This document shows, piece after piece, positions 1 to 14,576 of a stretch of 64,000 nt of DNA. This DNA is from Eledone cirrhosa (lineage: Eukaryota). The translations under genes and the position numbers were made by a program. Each line of letters opens with the position of its first letter. The stretch's first letter is position 1. The stretch is from the NCBI GenBank assembly GCA_964016885.1, contig OZ024765.1, positions 17,422,001 through 17,486,000 of the forward strand, read 5' to 3'. A model generated the notes under the pieces. The model saw only the letters and a list, made by a program, of their open reading frames with translations. It had not been told where the DNA came from and ran no database searches.

Positions 1-131
1 GTATATATGTATATATGTATATATCTATATATATATATGTGTGTGTGTATATATGTATATATATATATATCTGTGTCTATATATGTATATATATGTGTGT
101 GTATATATGTATATATATATATATGTATATA

Positions 132-184
<53 letters not shown>

Positions 185-185
185 G

Positions 186-240
<55 letters not shown>

Positions 241-263
241 GTATATATATATATATGTATATA

Positions 264-304
<41 letters not shown>

Positions 305-321
305 CTCAGACACACACATAT

Positions 322-397
<76 letters not shown>

Positions 398-406
398 ATC
401 TGAGTA

Positions 407-453
<47 letters not shown>

Positions 454-488
454 TATATTGATATAGGTTGTATATATATATATATACA
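1..488. repeat. (TA)n/(TG)n/(CA)n compound microsatellite
   Basis: Direct inspection. Confidence 0.95.
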
Positions 489-768
489 CTCACCCTTTCG
501 TTAGTGAACATGCACTGCGCTTCTTTCACTGTCAGCGTTCCGATACTTCATAAACATATAAAGAAAACACACCAACAACAACAATAACACCACCACTAAC
601 AACAACAACAACAATAACAATATTATTAGTAATGATTGCTGTTGTTATCAATATCTTGTTATTGAAATTGTTAAATTTATTTTTAAAATAATATTTTCTC
701 GATTTGCGTTTTTCTTGTTAATGTTTTTGAAGTTGTTGTACTTGATTACCTCCCCTTTGTGACGGAAC

Positions 769-772
<4 letters not shown>

Positions 773-810
<38 letters not shown>

Positions 811-2147
811 AGACCTAGTGTAACCAGGACATATCACGCGCTCTCACTCACTCCCTCTCTCGCTCTCTATTTTTTTCTCACTCACTCACTATCTCTCTCT
901 CTCTTTCGCTCTCTCTCACCCTCGTTCTCGCTCTCTCTCTCTCTCTCTTTCGCTCTCTCCCTCCCTCTCTCTCTCTCTTTTTCTCATTCACTCACTATCT
1001 CTCACATTCTCTCTCTCTCTCTCTCGCTCTCCATCTCTTTCACCCTCGTTCTCGCTCACTCTCTCTCCCTCCCTCTCTTTCGCTCTCTCTGCCTCTCTCC
1101 CTCCTATCTCTCTTTTTCTCACTCACTCACTATCTCTCTCATTCTCTCCCTCTCACCCTCGTTCTCGCTCACTCTCTCTCACTCTCTCTATCTCTCTCTC
1201 TCGCCCTCCTTCTCTCTCTCTAACACAAAAACACACACTTAATCACACACACTGACACATTCAAATACACCCAAGCACATACACCGAAGAACATACACAC
1301 ACACACACACACAAAAGCACACATACACATACACACCTAAGCAAATATACACACTTGCATGCACCAGAGCTCTCTGTGTTTATACACAAACACACACACC
1401 TAATGACAGACGCATATTCGTTAGCTCACACACTCACACATACATACATACACAAACCGACTAGCGCTCACACACATATACACACACATGCATACATCAA
1501 AACACATACTTATACATACACAGGCACAGAAATACTTAAACCCACCACACACACACACACACACATGCACACAATTAAACAAATACACATACACACTCAG
1601 TCACACACATACACACAATCCATCACTCAAACACATGCACACACTCACACAAGCACACACAAGCATACACACACACGGGCACACTCACACAAGCATACAC
1701 ACACACGGACACACTCACACAAGCATGCACACACACCAGGGAACACTCATACATGCACACACTCACACACATACATAAACACACACATACACACTGTCAC
1801 CTACACACACAAGCACAAAGAAAGAGGCGCACACACACACGCACACAAATACACAAGCACGAACACACAGAGACACACAAACGCACACACACACAAGCAC
1901 AAAGAAAGAAGCACACACACACACACACACACACACAGATACACATAAACACACACACAGGGACACATATAGACAAGAGGTACACAGAAACACACGCACT
2001 CACATATACACAAGCCACTACACACACTCAGACAGACCATCACCTTCACACACACACACATTCAGGAGAAATCATCAGGAAACTCACACACACACAGACA
2101 CACATATATATATACACACACATATATATATATATATATAATATATA
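773..2147. repeat. (CT)n then degenerate (CA)n low-complexity tract
   Basis: Direct inspection. Confidence 0.9.
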
Positions 2148-2177
2148 AGAACAAAAGATGGTTAAAAGAGTTCCATG

Positions 2178-2248
2178 TATTTTATTATGCGCATTTCAAA
2201 AACAAACATCATCATGCAATAATATTTGTGTTTTCATCAGATAAAATA
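2178..2248 (-). ncRNA. Type I hammerhead ribozyme, intact core
   Basis: Minus strand: stem I TATTTTAT / CTGATGA / long stem II / GAA / palindromic stem III ATGCGCAT / A / ATAAAATA (8-bp stem I); AUA cleavage triplet. Confidence 0.8.
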
Positions 2249-2405
2249 GGAAGACATGATATGAAGGTTAAAAAACACTTGTGGATAGTGCAGTTTTAAA
2301 TCAACATGTTCTTATATACTATGTATACTCCAGTCCTACAAACTGTAGAGTGCTTCTTATCCGATATCTGCATTGCTTTATTGTACTACAATAAAACTCA
2401 CCTCC

Positions 2406-2473
<68 letters not shown>

Positions 2474-2474
<1 letters not shown>

Positions 2475-2740
2475 GGTATTCCGGGTTGAATCGGAGGTAA
2501 CCACAGTAAGTAAGGTACTCAATACATAGCAGAGTATAACAGAATTAGCTTTTAATGAATTCCCTTTTCTATCAACCAATGACCTGCACCCATTCCACTC
2601 CCCACCCTCTCCTACCACTTGTAGAGACCTATAAATACCATATTTATTTTTTGATACCCAGATTCCTGATGATTTCTAATGAATGAAACAGTTCTAGTCC
2701 TGTAGAATCTCATCTATATTAAAACTGTTATACTCTGCTA
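2474..2740. mobile_element. PLE pLTR-like module family A with degenerate HHR core at 2666-2690
   Basis: Shares TTCCGGGTTGAATCGGAGGTAACCACAG with ~9990 and ~52347; CTGATGA-TTTCTAATGAAT-GAAAC; both ends in (TA)n. Confidence 0.6.
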
Positions 2741-2763
2741 TATATATATATATATACATACAC

Positions 2764-2794
<31 letters not shown>

Positions 2795-3041
2795 CATATA
2801 TATAACGAAGGAGGTGTGGTAAGGAACCAGATGGACCATAACGCACCGCAGTACTCAATACTGAGGGTAGTTGAGTGGGTGATACGAAAAAGTATGTCCC
2901 CGGCGGCAGAGCTCAATCCGTTTCGACGGTTATTTGTGGACTATATATATATATATATATAATATATATATTTATATATGTATATGTGTGTTTGTATATA
3001 TATATATATATATATAATATATATATTTATATATGTATATA

Positions 3042-3099
<58 letters not shown>

Positions 3100-3134
3100 G
3101 GTGTGTATATATGTATATATGTGTGTGTGTATAT

Positions 3135-3176
<42 letters not shown>

Positions 3177-3283
3177 GTGTGTGTCTATATATGTGTATGT
3201 ATATATATATGGTGAGGGTGTAAATGTGTGTAAATATACATATATACACTAACACACCATCACCTACACACACACACACACTA

Positions 3284-3347
<64 letters not shown>

Positions 3348-3601
3348 TCTCTCTCTCCTCTAAGCCTCGGCAACCTCAAAATAGAGAGGCCTAAACAGAT
3401 GTAGATATACCATGAACGTACGTGTCAAGACAGCGTCTGAAGAGGTGAATCTCCCTGAGGGCATTTGTGAAAACATATTTACAGCTTTTGAACAAGGAGT
3501 TAAGAAAATATTGATAGAGATCGTTGACAATGCAGCGTCTTATCTAGAACATTGAACCCTGTGCTATTGCTACATTACCATCTTGCCATGTGCATCAGTG
3601 T

Positions 3602-3646
<45 letters not shown>

Positions 3647-3691
3647 GAGAGTAAAACAAAGAATCCTTTAATACATCAAAAGTTTTTATTG

Positions 3692-3735
3692 TTAGCCGAC
3701 AATGTTTCGTCCTATTAAGGACTCATCAGGGCAAT
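3692..3735 (-). ncRNA. Minimal type I hammerhead ribozyme (inverted copy)
   Basis: Reverse complement of the 4102-4146 motif. Confidence 0.8.
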
Positions 3736-3847
3736 CAAAACAACAAGAAGTAATATCGGCAGATACAAGCCGGAAGCTCCGAAGAATATGGAGTGTACAT
3801 ACACTAAAGTCTTGCAAAAATATAGAATAAAAATAAAAATAATAAAA

Positions 3848-3921
<74 letters not shown>

Positions 3922-3953
3922 TTTTATATATAATATATATATATATATATTTT

Positions 3954-3992
<39 letters not shown>

Positions 3993-4101
3993 TATTATTT
4001 TTATTTTTATTATATATTTTTGCAAGACTTTAGTGTATGTACACTCCATATTCTTCGGAGCTTCCGGCTTGTATCTGCCGATATTACTTCTTGTTGTTTT
4101 G

Positions 4102-4146
4102 ATTGCCCTGATGAGTCCTTAATAGGACGAAACATTGTCGGCTAAT
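4102..4146 (+). ncRNA. Minimal type I hammerhead ribozyme, canonical
   Basis: ATTGCC-CTGATGA-GTCCT(TAAT)AGGAC-GAAAC-ATT-GTC-GGC(T)AAT; GUC site at 4139. Confidence 0.85.
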
Positions 4147-4292
4147 AATAAAAACTTTTGATGTATTAAAGGATTCTTTGTTTTACTCTCTTAATTTTTT
4201 GGCTCTGTTTAACTGCATTGAGCTATACCTTTTACTGTCATTTCTATAATACGAAGAGAGTGTTTAACTCCAACACGCTCCAGTATTTTAAT

Positions 4293-4483
<191 letters not shown>

Positions 4484-4728
4484 GATAGATAGGTAGTTCG
4501 ATAGATATGTTCACACATGTTCATATATATATATATATACATAAAGTTATATATATATATATATATGCACATAAAGTATATATATATATATATATGCAAA
4601 AGATTTATTTAAAATTGTTGGGTTACAACAATTAAATATTTTATAACTGATATAAAGCACTCGACAAGTTTTTGGAGTAGATATACGATATTAAACAAAT
4701 GGAAACTATATTTATAAAACCATATTTA

Positions 4729-4790
4729 TTTCATTATACATATTTCAGGGATACCATATTAAAAATATGGCATGCCTTCGTCAGATAAAA
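4729..4790 (-). ncRNA. Hammerhead ribozyme with extended stem II
   Basis: TTTTAT-CTGACGA-AGGcATGCCATATT...AATATGGTATcCCT-GAAATATGTATA-ATGAAA; stem II covaries with the 60557 copy. Confidence 0.75.
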
Positions 4791-5071
4791 TACAATATAT
4801 AAACAGTTTTATAAATAATTTTGACGTACCATATTATAAGCGACCATTATATTAGGAAGCTGTCTGGATAGTGAAATGTTTCTAATTATTTAGTTATAGT
4901 GTTAAGCACAGTTAGAAGAAAGACGGAGAGAAAGTTGTATATATATATAAAGTTGTATATATATATACATAAAGTTGTATATATATACATATATATTTAA
5001 ATATTTATGAAGTAATTCCGTCGGAAAAGTCCAGGAAAAAAGAGTGCTCTATGTAGGTAACAGAGCTTAAG

Positions 5072-5315
5072 AGTTATGTAATAAACAACATAAGGCAATT
5101 ATTCCATTTACCAGTGGTTTCTTAAAAGCAAAAAATTTTGCTTTCAATCCTCAGAATGAAAAAATCCTGGTCTGTTTATTGAATTTGGATTTTAAAATCC
5201 AAATTCAATAAACAGACCAGGATTTTTTCATTCTGAGGATTGAAAGCAAAACCTTTTGCTTTTAAGAAACCACTGGTAAATGGAATAATTGCCTTATGTT
5301 GTTTATTACATAACT
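5072..5315. repeat. Near-perfect palindrome, 122-bp arms, no spacer (centre 5193/5194)
   Basis: Centre GGATTTT|AAAATCC; arms read as reverse complements. Confidence 0.9.
5226..5285 (+). ncRNA. Hammerhead ribozyme (mirror copy at 5102-5161, minus)
   Basis: TTTCATT-CTGAGGA-TTGAAAGCAAAA(CC)TTTTGCTTTTAA-GAAACCACTGGTA-AATGGAA; GUA site at 5278. Confidence 0.8.
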
Positions 5316-5509
5316 ATATAAACATTTATATAGATCTGAACGTTCATACATATATATGGATATATATATATATTATTATATACCCCGAAATGCGATTCTC
5401 GCTGAATTTATATTTATGCATATATATAGATTGACTTTGTTAGTTTCAGAAGATCCCGTTAAGGGTGAAAGCAGCGATTCTTTGTTTAAACTTTACTCTG
5501 TTATTTTAA

Positions 5510-5550
<41 letters not shown>

Positions 5551-5794
5551 GAGAATGTCTGTCTGTATGTCTGGCTGTCTGCATTACGACATTATGACAC
5601 TATATGTATGTGTATGTATATATGTATAAATAGTGTGTGTGTGTATATATGTATATATAACATTTTCGAAATATTTACTTCTGCGTTCACAGATTGATCT
5701 TTTTTAGTTTCAGAGGATTCCGTTATTGGTGAAAGCAGCGATTCTTCGCTTAAACTTTAATCTTTTATTTTAATATATATATATATCTATCTAT

Positions 5795-6153
5795 CTAAGG
5801 CGGGTAAAATTCCCGAGATCCATGGACGGGTTCTCTCCAGCGGTCTCTGTCCCTCATTATCGCTGCCATGTCCTGCATCTCCAACAGACCAGTGTCTGTC
5901 CTTAGGGCATCAACATACGTTAACCTTGGTCTTCCTCTTCTAGTGTGTCCATGTAGGGGCTCCCAAAGGAGTACTGAGTGCAATGTCGGTGAGCATGTCC
6001 AGCTAACCTCAGTCTCCTCTGTGTCACTTTTGAGCTGACTTTTGGGATGCTCCCATACAGCACTGAATTTTTCATCCTCAGCATTCTCGTGTAGCACGCA
6101 TCCACCATCTGAGTGAGTTTCTTGGTCAGTGTCCAAGTCTCAGACCCATACAT
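5795..6153 (-). mobile_element. RTE/RTE-X LINE ORF2 3' fragment (frameshifted)
   Basis: YGSETWTLT..CYTRMLR..RRLRLAGH..LLWEP.HG..RRGRPRLTYVD motifs across two frames. Confidence 0.85.
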
Positions 6154-6202
6154 ATATATAGTGCAAGATCCTCAGATACGTAGCGATTCTACGTAGAATC
6201 GA

Positions 6203-6297
6203 GACGTATCTGAGGATCTTGCGATTTCAGAGTCGAGTTCGATCATTGCATCGATCGTGCCACGAGCTGGTCGCCAGAGAAACGATTTTAATATGTC
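6203..6297 (+). ncRNA. Decayed HHR with very long stem II, preceded by hairpin 6163-6222
   Basis: GACGTAT-CTGAGGA-TCTTGCGAT...GTCGCCAGA-GAAA..TA-ATATGTC; stem III mismatched. Confidence 0.55.
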
Positions 6298-6340
6298 TAA
6301 TAAATTTTATTCGTCGCACCACTGATTCTCCGTTTCTTAT

Positions 6341-6385
<45 letters not shown>

Positions 6386-6603
6386 CGGCCGACCGTGGTG
6401 GAAATAACATCACAATTCTGGCGACCCCTGTATCAATAAAAATAAACCTTTTCCAAATCTAAAGGGTTTTTTTTAAATCATATTTATATAGGTTTACTGT
6501 TTGAGAAGCTCAGGTTGTCATAACTGACAGTACAACTTTAATAAACCAAATGAATATTGCCTCGAAGTGTTAGTGATATATATACATATATATATATATA
6601 TAT

Positions 6604-6792
6604 AACGAAGGAAATGTGGTAAGGAACCAGGTGGACCATAACGCACTAAAGTACTCAATACTTAGGGTAGTAGAGTGGGTAATAGGAACGAGTAGGACCC
6701 CGAAGGCTGAGCTCAAGCCGTTTCGACGGCTAATTCTGGACAGAATTAGCCGTCGAAACGGCTTGAGCTCAGCCATCGGGGTCCTACTCGTT

Positions 6793-6797
<5 letters not shown>
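6604..6797. mobile_element. pLTR-like module family B with 57-bp-arm hairpin (other copies ~2806-2942, 11172-11340, 20077-20138, 27385-27435, 58671-58840)
   Basis: Shared TAGCCGTCGAAACGGCTTGAGCTCAGCC...GTATTGAGTAC; TA-flanked. Confidence 0.7.
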
Positions 6798-6878
<81 letters not shown>

Positions 6879-7266
6879 TGTTTCTACGTTTGGCACAAGG
6901 CCAGCAAATACATTACTGGTACTTTATTTTATCGACCCCGTAAGGATGAAAGGCAAAGTTAACTCGGCGGAAATCCTACGAAATCCGGGTAGCACTGCCA
7001 GGCCAGGGATATTTGGAAGTTACCCATAGGCCCTGGGCTGAAAGTTCTCAGGAAGAGAGCAAAGAGCTGATCTTCTTCGACGCCCAGTATCTCTCCGAGA
7101 ACGTCGTCGCTCTTCCCCTCCACTAGTCCTCTATAGAACGGCGAGGTGGATGTCGCATCCATTCACCTCTGTAAATATGAAACTGTTGTTGACAGCATTA
7201 ATATCCATGTATCTATATGATTGTTCAGTTGAATAGGAGGTTAACTATATGTACAAACATTGCTAG

Positions 7267-7313
7267 TGCTCCGATGATTCCAAACGAAAGTTTGGAAGAA
7301 ACGATTGTCAGCA
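7267..7313 (+). ncRNA. Hammerhead ribozyme, CCGAUGA core variant
   Basis: TGCT-CCGATGA-TTCCAAAC(GAAA)GTTTGGAA-GAAACGATTGTC-AGCA; 8-bp stem II with GNRA loop; GUC at 7309. Confidence 0.75.
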
Positions 7314-7496
7314 ATAAGATCATTTAAACATAACTTTGATTATTGTGTAATTTATATTCCTGCTCTGTAAAACATCTCATGTATTTGCATTGAGCTATTT
7401 TTCCTACTGGTAATAAGGTAGTAATAAATTACTGACCTTTCCTGTTATAGTTGTATATAGTGTATATATAACTATAAATAGTATCATTATTATTAT

Positions 7497-7572
<76 letters not shown>

Positions 7573-7607
7573 ATATACATATATGTATATATATATACAT
7601 ACATACA

Positions 7608-7645
<38 letters not shown>

Positions 7646-7742
7646 TACATACATACATACATACATACATACATACATACATACATACATGTATATATAT
7701 ATATATATATACATACATACATACATGTATATATATATATAC

Positions 7743-7773
<31 letters not shown>

Positions 7774-7957
7774 CACATACATACATACATACATACATAC
7801 ATACATACATACATACATGTATATATATATATATATGTACATATACATATATATATATATATACATACATACTCACATACATGTATATATATATACATAT
7901 ACATATATATATATATATATATACTTACATACATGTATATATCTACATGTATGTAAG

Positions 7958-8005
<48 letters not shown>

Positions 8006-8072
8006 CATACATATATATATCTATATACAGATATATATATATATTTATACACACACATACATACATACATAC

Positions 8073-8147
<75 letters not shown>

Positions 8148-8262
8148 CTTATTTTCTTCATCATAATTACATGTTAAAAAATAAAGCCAAACATTTGTAA
8201 AACAAACACAACTGAGAATATACCTAGTTGCACAGTTAGTGATGGAATAGGGAGAGGGTGAG

Positions 8263-8298
<36 letters not shown>

Positions 8299-8452
8299 GG
8301 AGTGTGTGAGTGAGGTGAAGAGAGAGAGGGGGTAGAGAGGGTGAGTGATATATATATATAGAGAGTGAGAGAGCGGTATATATATATATATATACAGGGA
8401 GAGAGAGGGGCAGAGAGGGTGAGTGATATATATATAGAGAGAGCGAGAGAGT

Positions 8453-8513
<61 letters not shown>

Positions 8514-9165
8514 GGAGAGAGAGCGGCAGAGAGGGTGAGTGATATATATATAGAGAGCGAGAGAGTGGTATATATATATATATACAGGGAGAGAGAGAGA
8601 GAGAGAGTGTGTGTGTGTGAGGTAGAGGGCGAGGGGCTGAGGTAAGTGATGTGTATGATTTGTGTTGAGATAAAGTTAAGGAATATAAGGTAAAATAGAG
8701 TCAATGAGGTCTCCATAGGAATTGTACATGTGTGTGTTAGTGTATATATATATATATATATATACATACATGTATGTACATGTACATGTACGTATATATA
8801 TGCTTATATATACGTACATGTATATATGTAAATATATATATATACATATATATATATGTATATATATATATATGTACATGTACGTATATATATGCTTATA
8901 TATACGTACATGTATATATATAAATATATATATATACATATATATATATACATGTACATATATATATAAATAAATATATATATATATGCATATATATAAA
9001 TATGTATATATTGTATATCTATCTATCTATATATATATATATATAGATAGATAGATATACACGTGAAAGATTTTGTGTTCTTGTGTGATTTGGTTATGGG
9101 TATAAACGAAAAGAAAGTAATATCTTTAAAATGTTGAAGAATTATATATATATATATATAGAGAG

Positions 9166-9214
<49 letters not shown>

Positions 9215-9266
9215 CGCGCATATATATATATATACATACGTAAGCACAAACACAAGCACACACATG

Positions 9267-9338
<72 letters not shown>

Positions 9339-9761
9339 AATATGTATTTATATATGTATATTGGCATTTCAACTTAAAAGAAAACGAAACGAAAAAGAAT
9401 AAAAAAAATTCTCAAATTATGTTTTCAAAGATAACACTGTTTGATAATATTAGAACACTTTCATATGTTACAAGCATCTTAGATATATATTTTAAAAAAA
9501 ACTACGAGGAAAACAAACACAGGAAAAAGAGGAAAAACGTATACGAAATAAGAAATTAAGTTCACTCCGAACATCGACCTGATACAGAAATAGATGTAAC
9601 AGCAAGCATATTTTAAAGTGAAACGGAAAAAATGTTTAAAAAAGAATAAAATGCTAAACTGAGTTAGATATGCCAGGGGGAGTATCTAACGTAAATGGAT
9701 CAAAATGAAAGATTATATCCACACACAGATAGGCACACACACATACACACACACACACATG

Positions 9762-9821
<60 letters not shown>

Positions 9822-9879
9822 TAGCTGTATATATGTGCATGTATAAATATATACGCATATGTGTGTGTATATATGTCTA

Positions 9880-9975
<96 letters not shown>

Positions 9976-10135
9976 CATATAGGTAAGTTATTCCGGGTTG
10001 AATCGGAGGTAACCACAGTAAGTAAGGTACTCAATACATAGCAGAGTATACATGTTTTAATATAGAAGAGATTCTACAGGACTAGAACTGTTTACTGGTG
10101 ATTTCTCACGAATGAAACAGTTCTAGTCCTGTAAA

Positions 10136-10729
10136 ATGCTCGGTGACGAAATCAGCAGTGGTGGAGGGTGTTCTGAAAGTACAGTAGCCAGAGTAAGAAC
10201 GGATTGGAAAAAGTTCAGAGAGCTTATACCGCTGTTGGCCACAAACGGTGTCTCTCTAAAAATGAAAGGCAGATCGTATGATGCCTGTATACGAACAGCA
10301 ATGTTACATGGCAGTGAGACATGGGCATTGCGTGCAGAGGATATGCGCAGACTAGAAAGGAACGAAGCATGCATGTTCCGTTGGATGTGTAATAGTAATA
10401 TACGTGAACGGCAAAGCATAAGTGAACTAAGTGAGAAATTAGGAATAAAAGGGATCAGATGCTGTTTACTCAAGAGAAGATTACATTGGTACGGTCACGT
10501 GATACGCATGAAGGACGACAGCTGTATAAAAAAAAATTGCAGGGCGATCAAAATCGATGTTAGTTACGGAGTAGGTAGACCCAGAAAAACCTGGGACGAT
10601 CTGATAAATTCCGACCTTACACACTTGCAACTCTCTAAGACAATGTCACTGGACCGAGATCTTTGGCGCTACACAGTAATACAGAAGACCCGCCTTGCCT
10701 ACTTGCAAAGCGAAACCTACGGTCAGTAG
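10136..10729 (+). mobile_element. RTE-clade LINE ORF2 C-terminal fragment
   Basis: LGDEISSGGGC..ARVR..WKKFREL.PLL..MLHGSETW..RLHWYGHVIRM..GRPRKTW. Confidence 0.9.
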
Positions 10730-10869
10730 GCACCTCTTAACCAAATATACACCCCAATCCACTACCCCTACCCTATCCTCCCACTAACACCATCCTCTCT
10801 CTATAAATAAAGTTAGTACCACAACATCCAGTCCAAATAAATGAGATCGAGATCGAGATCGAGATCGAG

Positions 10870-11125
10870 AGCGTGTAGGTGTCACGACAAAAACCACACA
10901 GTCCACGCTGTAATGTGGTCGTGTAGGTAACACGGTAAAAAGTTCCCAGTTCCACACACTGTAAATGTGGTTGGTGTTAGGAAGGGCATCCAGCCGTAGA
11001 AAACCTGCCAGATAGTCCTATACGAGCGAGACACGGTCACCCGACCAACCTTGCCTGAAGTGGGGACAACTCTCGTCTAACCCATGCTAGTGTGGAAAAT
11101 GGACGTTAAACGAAGATGATGATGA

Positions 11126-11128
<3 letters not shown>
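10870..11128 (+). mobile_element. SINE 3' part with RTE-like tail ending in (GAT)n
   Basis: GGTTGGTGTTAGGAAGGGCATCCAGCCGTAGAAA...CCCATGCTAG..GGACGTTAAACGAAGATGATGAT; related copy at ~46940-47090. Confidence 0.7.
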
Positions 11129-11173
<45 letters not shown>

Positions 11174-11759
11174 CCTTCCAGCCGTTTCAACAGCTCGGTG
11201 GAATTTGGATCTAGCTGTTGAAACGGCTGGAGCTCAGCCGTTGGGGTCCCAAATCACTCATATTACCCACTGTACTATTCCGAGTATCGAGTACTCTGGT
11301 GAGTGATGGTCTAACTGGTTGTAACTGCATCGCCCCTTAACCTTAGTTGACCACGGGCGGTCCGTTGTGTAGGAATATTAAGGGCGATACAACTAGTTAC
11401 ATGGGACATTAACAAATAGACATAAAGCGATTGTTCTTTCAAATACTTAGAAATCAACCAGTCACTGCTGAGGAGAGGACTGTGCTCCGCTTCGTCGGTT
11501 TTTCCCTTGTCTTCCTCTGTTTATATATAAAGGGAAAAACTGGAACATTTTTCTCTGAGAGTTCCTTATACTATTGAGAAGGGAATTTTAAGGCCCGAAA
11601 TATTAGAACGAGAGAAAAAAACCGCAGAAACAATACAAAATAAAGATTACTAGGAAACTAAACCTTTCGTTACCTTCATTTTACCTTTTATTGTTTAGAC
11701 TTATATCACTTTCCACATTATATATTATATAGAATGCTTCAAGCAAACTACAATATTTC

Positions 11760-11803
<44 letters not shown>

Positions 11804-12038
11804 GCTTGTGTCTCTTCCTATCTTCGGCTAGCTTTCCTCTGTGTTGTTTACTTGTCTCAATCGCTTTACGCGTTTTAATTGTCCTAATAACTTATTTTAG
11901 TTATTATTGCGCCAACGTGAGGTATATGATTTTTAATGCAATGAAATACCTATGACCGTTGGTAAATCACTGATGAGGGACTCATTTTATAACACGTTAT
12001 CCATGTGCAACCATGCAGTATTCTTCTCCCCATTTTTT

Positions 12039-12090
<52 letters not shown>

Positions 12091-12092
12091 AG

Positions 12093-12435
12093 CATAGAGT
12101 TACGTCCCTTTATGATCTGAGTTCAAATCCCGCCGAGGTTAACTTTGCCTTTCATCCTTACGGGGTCGATAAAATAAAGTACCTGTAATGTACTGGGTAA
12201 TTGCTGGCCTTGTGCCAAAAAGTAGAAACAAGTATTACAATTGGGCGGTGGATTGGCAGTATCGGTAGGGGGTCGGACGCCATGCTTTCACGCATAGAGT
12301 TACGGCCCTTGCCATTCTGAGTTCAAATCCCGCCGAGGTTAACTTTGCCTTTCATCCTTACGGGGTCGATAAAATAAAGTACCAGTAATACAGTGTGGTA
12401 ATTGCTGGCCTTGTGCCAAAAGTAGAAACAATTGT
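12093..12435 (+). mobile_element. tRNA-derived SINE family 1, two tandem copies
   Basis: A-box-like TGGCAGTATCGG, B box GAGTTCAAATCC, core GCCTTTCATCCTTACGGGGTCGATAAAATAAAGTACCAG. Confidence 0.85.
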
Positions 12436-12744
12436 CATAAGTGTTAATATCTACTGTTTGTTTATTTCTATGAGTAGAGAGGGGGGGGGGGTAATTATCT
12501 TTATCTATATCAGGCATGGGCAAACTTTTTCGAGAAGCGGGCCGCATGAGATATGGCTTATCATCAGGCGGGCCGCAAGCGCTAATGTACATTCGTGCCT
12601 AGATTAAAAAGAAGGGTGCTAACTCAGGTTGTTTTGATTTGTTTCTTCAGAATTCCTAAATGTTGTTTTCCTAGATCGAAAATGATAGTCAGATAAATTA
12701 CGACTGAAAAGTTGGGGCAAAAAAATGATATATATATATTAAAT

Positions 12745-12799
<55 letters not shown>

Positions 12800-12851
12800 C
12801 GGCGATGAATTAGTTTAGCGAGGTTTTTTATATGAAATCGTGTGTCGAAAC

Positions 12852-13262
12852 AAATATTGTTATACTTGGGGAGGGTGATATTTGTGTAATATTGCCAGAA
12901 TTAATAACAGAACACACTCACTGTTTGGTTGGTTTTCGCTTCTCGCTGAATAAAAACTGGCGTAGACTGAATAAAAAATGGCGTAGACATACAACACAAC
13001 AGGAGGAAAATATAAAACCACTGACGATGTTGCAGATGTGCAACGAAAGATTTATGTACATTATGTAAACTATATATACGTGTTTATGTCTATATTGTAT
13101 CTGTGATATTTTTGACCGTCGGTCAGTCAATGGCAACATTGAGGACCGAGTAAGTTAGATCGCAGATATAAAAGACAGCGAGAAGCGAAAACCAACCAAA
13201 CAGTGAGTGTGTTCTGTTATTAATTCTGGCAATATTACACAAATATGACCCTCCCCAAGTAT

Positions 13263-13268
<6 letters not shown>
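12852..13268. mobile_element. Fold-back pLTR-like module family F (~95-bp inverted arms)
   Basis: 12852-~12948 is the reverse complement of ~13177-13268; related to 19307-19375, 41520-41585 and 57565-58430. Confidence 0.7.
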
Positions 13269-13309
<41 letters not shown>

Positions 13310-13325
13310 TATCAGACAGAGATAA

Positions 13326-13396
13326 CATCTCTGTCTGATGAACGATCCATACATATATTAATTTTGTCTGGGATCCAGAAACCTTTGGTAATGGAG
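13326..13396 (+). ncRNA. Hammerhead-like motif with long stem II
   Basis: CTCTGT-CTGATGA-ac-GATCC...GGATC-ca-GAAACCTTTGGTA-ATGGAG; related to 15103. Confidence 0.6.
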
Positions 13397-13481
13397 TAGT
13401 TATATTTTGTGTTGTTCACTTTCTAATTAAATAGCTCTGTTCTATACATAGAGCACTCTTTGCTTTTCCTTCAGAATTACC

Positions 13482-13534
<53 letters not shown>

Positions 13535-13776
13535 GTTATAAACACACGCACCACGTTGGTTTTTCACCTCAATTTATTATAAATGAATGTTGCTTGGCTC
13601 GATACGCAGATGGTTGTTGATATATTGTCAAAACTCTTTTGTCACACATTGTGTGACCACCTCAGTGGTTTATAAGTATAAAAATATTCCTTTCAACACA
13701 CGTTTGCAGATAAGAAATCTTGCAAAAACAAATTAAAAAACGAAGAATATATATATACACACACATATATATATAT

Positions 13777-14576
13777 GTAAATTTTCAATCACATATATTT
13801 TTATTTGTTTGACCCGAATTACTTGGTCGTTTTTTTTGCTGTGTGGATGATTGTTTAACCATCGTCTCAGTGTGTTTGGCCTTTAACGTATGTTGTAGCT
13901 CTGGTTCATCTGAATCATTGAGCGCTTGCCACACATCTCGGAGGTTGTTTTTCGTTAATTCCTAAGCCGAAATACGATTCTCGCTAATTTGTATATATAT
14001 ATATATATTTATTGATTTTTTAGTTGATCCTATTGACTGATGAATAGATTATGTTAACTTTAACACGTCTGTTGAGAACTCTAATTCGATTTGTGATATT
14101 TTGTATTCTTACAATAATATACACAACTGAATTAATTCGCCTAATATAGGGGTTGCCTCCTTTGCTGATCCCCACGTGGTTTTAGTAAGGGTCTTCCCCT
14201 GTATTATTGAACTAAAGGCCTGTTGAAAAAGCGACTTCTTTGTTCATCATCTTACCAGAAGCCGGACATTTTTTTATGTAGGCGGACGGTACCTGATTTA
14301 GGAGCCGCAGAAACCCAAATGCTGGATTTTACCATCTTTCCAGGGGGTCCGGGTAAATTTTTCAATCATATATATTTTTATTTGTTTGACCCGAATTACT
14401 TGATCGTTTTTTTTTGGCTGTGCGAATGATTGTTTAAGCACCGTCTCAGTGTGTTGGTATTAAACGTTAGTTATAGCTCTGGTTCATCCGAACCATTGAG
14501 CACTTTGCCGCACATTTCGAAGATTGTTTTTCGTTATTTCGTGGGCCGAAGTTCCGATTCTCGATAATTTTATTTG

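Noticed and set aside
3432-3486. CTGAAGA...GAAA possible hammerhead
   Set aside because: Stem II is mostly G-U pairs and stem III is mismatched; it overlaps a candidate exon on the other strand.
4650-4675. ATAACTGATATAAAGCACTC as another instance of the bulged hairpin
   Set aside because: It has the wrong orientation relative to its HHR and lacks the pairing pattern.
5440-5760. Two CAGAnGA..GAAA motifs in a ~262-bp duplication
   Set aside because: U4 is absent and there is no convincing stem I/III or UH site.
11965-11995. CTGATGAG here, at ~61150, at ~51713 and at ~59082(-)
   Set aside because: No properly placed stem II plus GAAA follows.
12243-12335. tRNA gene
   Set aside because: A/B boxes are present but there is no cloverleaf; it is the head of a multi-copy SINE.
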